The notes below the pieces were generated by a model. It worked only from the letters and a program-made list of their open reading frames with translations, did no database searches and had not been told where the DNA came from. A stretch of DNA of 64,000 nt. It comes from the human T2T-CHM13v2.0 reference genome, Homo sapiens. Of this stretch, positions 58,491 to 64,000 are shown piece by piece (position 1 is the first letter of the stretch; each line of letters opens with the position of its first letter). The stretch lies in the NCBI RefSeq assembly GCF_009914755.1, contig NC_060925.1; one strand, 5' to 3'. The position numbers were made by a program, and so were the translations under genes.

Positions 58491-61400
58491 ATGGAATCGT
58501 CATCGAATGAATTGAATGCAATCAACGAATGGTCTCGAATGGAATCATCTTCAAATGGAATGGAATGGAATCATCGCATAGAATCGAATGGAATTATCAT
58601 CGAATGGAATCGAATGGAATCAACATCAAACGGAAAAAAACGGAATTATCGAATGGAATCGAAGAGAATCATCGAATGGACCCGAATGGAATCATCTAAT
58701 GGAATGGAATGGAATAATCCATGGACTCGAATGCAATCATCATCGAATGGAATCGAATGGAATCATCCAATGGACTCGAATGGAATAATCATTGAACGGA
58801 ATCTAATGGAATCATCATCGGATGGAAATGAATGGAATCATCATCGAATGGAATCGAATAGAATTATGGAATGAAATCCAGTGTGATCATCATCGAATGG
58901 ACCCGAATGGAATCATCATCCAACGGATGCTAATGGAATCAACATCGAATGAATCAAATGGAAACACCATCGAATTGAAACGAATGGAATTACCATGAAA
59001 TTGAAATGGATGGACTCATCATCGAATGGATTCGAAAGGAATCATCGAATAAAATTGATTGAAATCATCATCGAATGGAATCGAATGGTATCATTGAATG
59101 GAATCGAATGGAATCATCATCAGATGGAAATGAATGGAATCGTCATAGAATGGAATCGAATGGATTCATTGAATGGAATCAGATGGAATCATCGAATGGA
59201 CTGGAATGGAATCATTGAATGGACTCGAAAGGGATCATTATTGAATGGAATTGAATGGAATCATCGAATGGTCTCGATTGGAATCATTATCAAATGGAAT
59301 CGAATGGAATCACCGAATAGAATCGAATGGAACAATCATCGAATGGACTCAAATGGAATTATCCTCAAATGGAATCGAATGGAATTATCAAATGCAATCG
59401 AATGGAATTATCGAATGCAATCGAATAGAATCATCGAATGGACTCGAATGGAATCATCGAATGGAATGGAATGGAACAGTTAATGAACTCGAATGGAATC
59501 ATCATTGAATGGAATCGAATGGAATCATTGAGTGGAATCGAATGGAATTATGATCAAATGGAATCGAATGTAATCATCATCAAATGGAATCAAAAATAAC
59601 CATCATCAATTGGTATTGAATGGAATTGTCATCAAATGGAATTCAAAGGAAACATCATCAAATGGAACCGAATGGAATCCTCATTGAATTGAAATGAAAG
59701 GGGTCATCATCTAATGGAATCGCATGGAATCATCATCAAATGGAATCGAATGGAATCATCATCAAATGGAATCTAATGGAATCATTGAACAGAATTGAAT
59801 GGAATCGTCATCGAATGAATTGAATGCAATCATCGAATGGTCTCGAATGGAACCATCTTCTAATGGAAAGGAATGGAATCATCGCATAGAATCGAATGGA
59901 ATTGTCATCGAATGGAATCGAATGGTATCAACACCAAACGGAAAAAAACGGAATTATCGAATGGAATCGAAGAGAATCTTCGAACGGACCCGAATGGAAT
60001 CATCTAATGGAATGGAATGGAATAATCCATGGACTCGAATGCAATCATCATCGAATGGAATCGAATGGAATCATCGAATGGACTCGAATGGAATAATCAT
60101 TGAACGGAATCGAATGGAATCATCATCTGAATGAAACGAATGGAATCATCATCGAATGGGAATGAAAGGAGTCATCATCTAATGGAATTGCATGGAATCA
60201 TCATAAAATGGAATCGAATGGAATCAACTTCAAATGGAATCAAATGGAATCATTGAACGGAATTGAATGGAATCGTCATCGAATGAATTGAATGCAATCA
60301 TCGAATGGTCTCAAATGGAATCATCTTCAAATTGAATTGAATGGAATCATCACATAGAATCGAATGGAATTATCATCGAATGTAATCGAATGGAATCAAC
60401 ACCAAACGGAAAAAAACGGAATTATCGAATGGAATCGAAGAGAATCATCGAATGGACCCGAATGGAATCATCTAATGGAATGGAATGGAATAATCCATGG
60501 ACTCGAATGCAATCATCATCGAATGGAATCGAATGGAATCATCGAATGGACTCGAATGGAATAATCATTGAACGGAATCGAATGGAATCATCATCGGATG
60601 GAAATGAAAGGAGTCATCATCTAATGGAATTGCATGGAATCATCATAAAATGGAATCGAATGGAATCAACATCAAATGGAATCAAATGGAATCATTGAAC
60701 GGAATTGAATGGAATCGTCATCGAATGAATTGAATGCAATCATCGAATGGTCTCGAATGGAATCATCTTCAAATGGAATGGAATGGAATCATCGCATAGA
60801 ATCGAATGGAATTATCATCGAATGGAATCGAATGGAATCAACATCAAACGGAAAAAAACGGAATTATCGAATGGAATCGAAGAGAATCATCGAATGGACC
60901 CGAATGGGATCATCTAATGGAATGGAATGGAATAATCCATGGACTCGAATGCAATCATCATCGAATGGAATCGAATGGAATCATCCAATGGACTCGAATG
61001 GAATAATCATTGAACGGAATCGAATGGAATCATCATCGGATGGAAATGAATGGAATCATCATCGAATGGAATCGAATAGAATTATGGAATGAAATCCAGT
61101 GTGATCATCATCGAATGGACCCGAATGGAATCATCATCCAACGGATGCTAATGGAATCAACATCGAATGAATCAAATGGAAACACCATCGAATTGAAACG
61201 AATGGAATTACCATGAAATTGAAATGGATGGACTCATCATCGAATGGATTCGAAAGGAATCATCGAATAAAATTGATTGAAATCATCATCGAATGGAATC
61301 GAATGGTATCATTGAATGGAATCGAATGGAATCATCATCAGATGGAAATGAATGGAATCGTCATAGAATGGAATCGAATGGATTCATTGAATGGAATCAG

Positions 61401-62800
61401 ATGGAATCATCGAATGGACTGGAATGGAATCATTGAATGGACTCGAAAGAGATCATGATTGAATGGAATTGAATGGAATCATCGAATGGTCTCGATTGGA
61501 ATCATTATCAAATGGAATCGAATGGAATCACCGAATAGAATCGAATGGAACAATCATCGAATGGACTCAAATGGAATTATCCTCAAATGGAATCGAATGG
61601 AATTATCGAATGCAATCGAATGGAATTATCGAATGCAATCGAATAGAATCATCGAATGGACTCGAATGGAATCATCGAATGGAATGGAATGGAACAGTCA
61701 ATGAAGTCGAATGGAATCATCATTGAATGGAATCGAATGGAATCATCGAGAGGAATCGAATGGAATTATGATCAAATGGAATCGAATGTAATCATCATCC
61801 AATGGAATCAAAAATAACCATCATCAATTGGTATTGAATGGAATTGTCATCAAATGGAATTCAAAGGAATCATCATCAAATGGAACCGAATGGAATCCTC
61901 ATTGAATGGAAATGAAAGGGGTCATCATCTAATGGAATCACATGGAATCATCATCAAATGGAATCGAATGGAATCATCATCAAATGGAATCTGAGGGAAT
62001 CATTGAACAGAATTGAATGGAATCGTCATCGAATGAATTGAATGCAATCATCGAATGGTCTCGAATGGAACCATCTTCTAATGGAAAGGAATGGAATCAT
62101 CGCATAGAATCCAATGGAATTGTCATCGAATGGAATCGAATGGTATCAACACCAAACGGAAAAAAACAGAATTATCGAATGGAATCGAAGAGAATCTTCG
62201 AACGGACCCGAATGGAATCATCTAATGGAATGGAATGGAATAATCCATGGACTCGAATAGCAAACATCATCGAATGGAATCGAATGGAATCATCGAATGG
62301 ACTCGAATGGAATAATCATTGAACGGAATCGAATGGAATCATCATCGGATGGAAACGAATGGAATCATCATCGAATGGGAATGAAAGGAGTCATCATCTA
62401 ATGGAATTGCATGGAATCATCATAAAATGGAATCGAATGGAATCAACATCAAATGGAATCAAATGGAATCATTGAACGGAATTGAATGGAATCGTCATCG
62501 AATGAATTGAATGCAATCATCGAATGGTCTCGAATGGAATCATCTTCAAATGGAATGGAATGGAATCATCGCATAGAATCGAATGGAATTATCATCGAAT
62601 GTAATCGAATGGAATCAACACCAAACGGAAAAAAACGGAATTATCGAATGGAATCGAAGAGAATCATCGAATGGACCCGAATGGAATCATCTAATGGAAT
62701 GGAATGGAATAATCCATGGACTCGAATGCAATCATCATCGAATGGAATCGAATGGAATCATCGAATGGACTCGAATATAATAATCATTGAACGGAATCGA
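58491..62800. repeat. 2218-bp tandem duplication (1308+468+442), about 2 copies
   Basis: Private variants at +2218/2219: catccaatggactc ~58765/60983, acggatgcta ~58923/61141, ttcgaaagga ~59031/61249, aaccatcttc ~59851/62069, gaatgggaatgaaagg ~60154/62373. Confidence 0.9.
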
Positions 62801-64000
62801 ATGGAATCATCATCGGATGGAAATGAATGGAATCGTCATCGAATGGAATCGAATAGAATTATGGAATGAAATCCAGTGTGATCATCATCGAATGGACCTG
62901 AATGGAATCATCATCCAACGGAAGCTAATGGAATCAACATCGAATGAATCAAATGGAAACACCATCGAATTGAAACGAATGGAATTACCATGAAATTGAA
63001 ATGGATGGACTCATCATCGAATGGATTCGAATGGAATCATCGAATAAAATTGATTGAAATCATCATCGAATGGAATCGAATGGTATCATTGAATGGAATC
63101 GAATGGAATCATCATCAGATGGAAATGAATGCAATCGTCATAGAATGGAATCGAATGGATTCATTGAATGGAATCAGATGGAATCATCGAATGGACTGGA
63201 ATGGAATCATTGAATGGACTCGAAAGGGATCATTATTGAATGGAATTGAATGGAATCATCGAATGGTCTCGATTGGAATCATTATCAAATGGAATCGAAT
63301 GGAATCACCAAATAGAATCGAATGGAACAATCATCGAATGGACTCAAATGGAATTATCCTCAAATGGAATCGAATGGAATTATCGAATGCAATCGAATGG
63401 AATTATCGAATGCAATCGAATAGAATCATCGAATGGACTCGAATGGAATCATCGAATGGAATGGAATGGAACAGTCAATGAACTCGAATGGAATCATCAT
63501 TGGATGGAATCGAATGGATTCATCGAGTGGAATCGAATGGAATTATGATCAAATGGAATCGAATGTAATCATCATCAAATGGAATCAAAAATAACCATCA
63601 TCAATTGGTATTGAATGGAATTGTCATCAAATGGAATTCAAAGGAATCATCATCAAATGGAACCGAATGGAATCCTCATTGAATGGAAATGAAAGGGGTC
63701 ATCATCTAATGGAATCGCATGGAATCATCATGAAATGGAATCGAATGGAATCATCATCAAATGGAATCTAATGGAATCATTGAAAGAATTGAATGGAATC
63801 ATCATCGAATGAATTGAATGCAATCATCGAATGGTCTCGAATGGAATCATCTTCTAATGGAAAGGAATGGAATCATCGCATAGAATCGAATGGAATTATC
63901 ATCGAACGGAATCGAATGGTATCAACACCAAACGGAAAAAAACGGAATTATCGAATGGAATCGAAGAGAATCTTCGAACGGACCCGAATGGAATCATCTA

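Larger units (their letters stand above)
1..64000. repeat. Human satellite II (HSat2/HSATII) pericentromeric tandem array; + strand is the GGAAT strand; runs off both window ends
   Basis: Continuous diverged GGAAT pentamers with the HSat2-diagnostic motif (cgaatggaatcatcatcgaatgg; reverse complement CATTCGATTC/ATG), dense TaqI (TCGA) sites and 23/26-bp monomers. No non-satellite sequence seen. Confidence 0.98.

Noticed and set aside
26777-59900. Landmarks recurring at an offset of exactly 30,000 bp (26777/56777, 28049/58049, 28995/58995)
   Set aside because: The intervening natural unit lengths sum to 30,000 and the two regions differ in private SNPs (e.g. ggagcc at 28236 versus ggaccc at 58236). 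It is a coincidence of register, not an artificial copy.
135-63548. More than 200 short ORFs (MESSSNELNAIIEW..., MKLKWMDSS..., 60-170 aa)
   Set aside because: They are translations of the stop-poor GGAAT satellite strand: low complexity, overlapping in several frames, broken at random by stops and frameshifts between copies, with no domains or gene structure.
1-64000. CRISPR-like repeat/spacer array
   Set aside because: There are no unique spacers, leader or cas genes; all the sequence between repeats is itself satellite.
1-64000. HSat3 / simple (GGAAT)n or DYZ1
   Set aside because: Pure GGAAT runs are only 3-4 copies long. ATC triplet interruptions and CGAATGGAATC dominate, which is diagnostic of HSat2.

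Overview
The whole 64 kb window is one uninterrupted, single-orientation tandem array of human (or great-ape) classical satellite II (HSat2/HSATII), read on the GGAAT strand. It is built from 23/26-bp monomers, (GAATG GAATC)2 plus (ATC)1-2. These are organised into a ~1776-bp unit made of a 1308-bp core plus one extra 468-bp module, with one conserved EcoRI site per unit. That organisation best matches the HSat2A 1.77-kb repeat of the chr1q12 pericentromere; the chr10 HSat2A array is an alternative. I see no credible gene, RNA gene, transposon, CRISPR array, inversion or unique insertion, and all listed ORFs are artefacts of the stop-poor GGAAT strand. I did not find a novel protein-coding system. 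The real signal is architectural. Using a once-per-unit anchor (atgaaattgaaatggatgga, 37 copies from 643 to 62990), spacings are 1776,1922,894 (x3), 2712, 2244, 1776,1923,1776,1927, 2218,1308,2218,1308, 1776,1776,1308,1776, 2223,2244,1750,1776,1776, 1308,1308,1309,1309,1309, 2218,2218,1777. Each of these decomposes into 1308 + n x 468 with a few recurrent rearrangements (+147, -882, -26, small indels). The array also holds several young local higher-order repeats (4592 x3, 3699 x2, 1309 x4-5, 2218 x2) and dispersed mosaic copies. Coordinates were read by eye and from the ORF track, so block boundaries are approximate.
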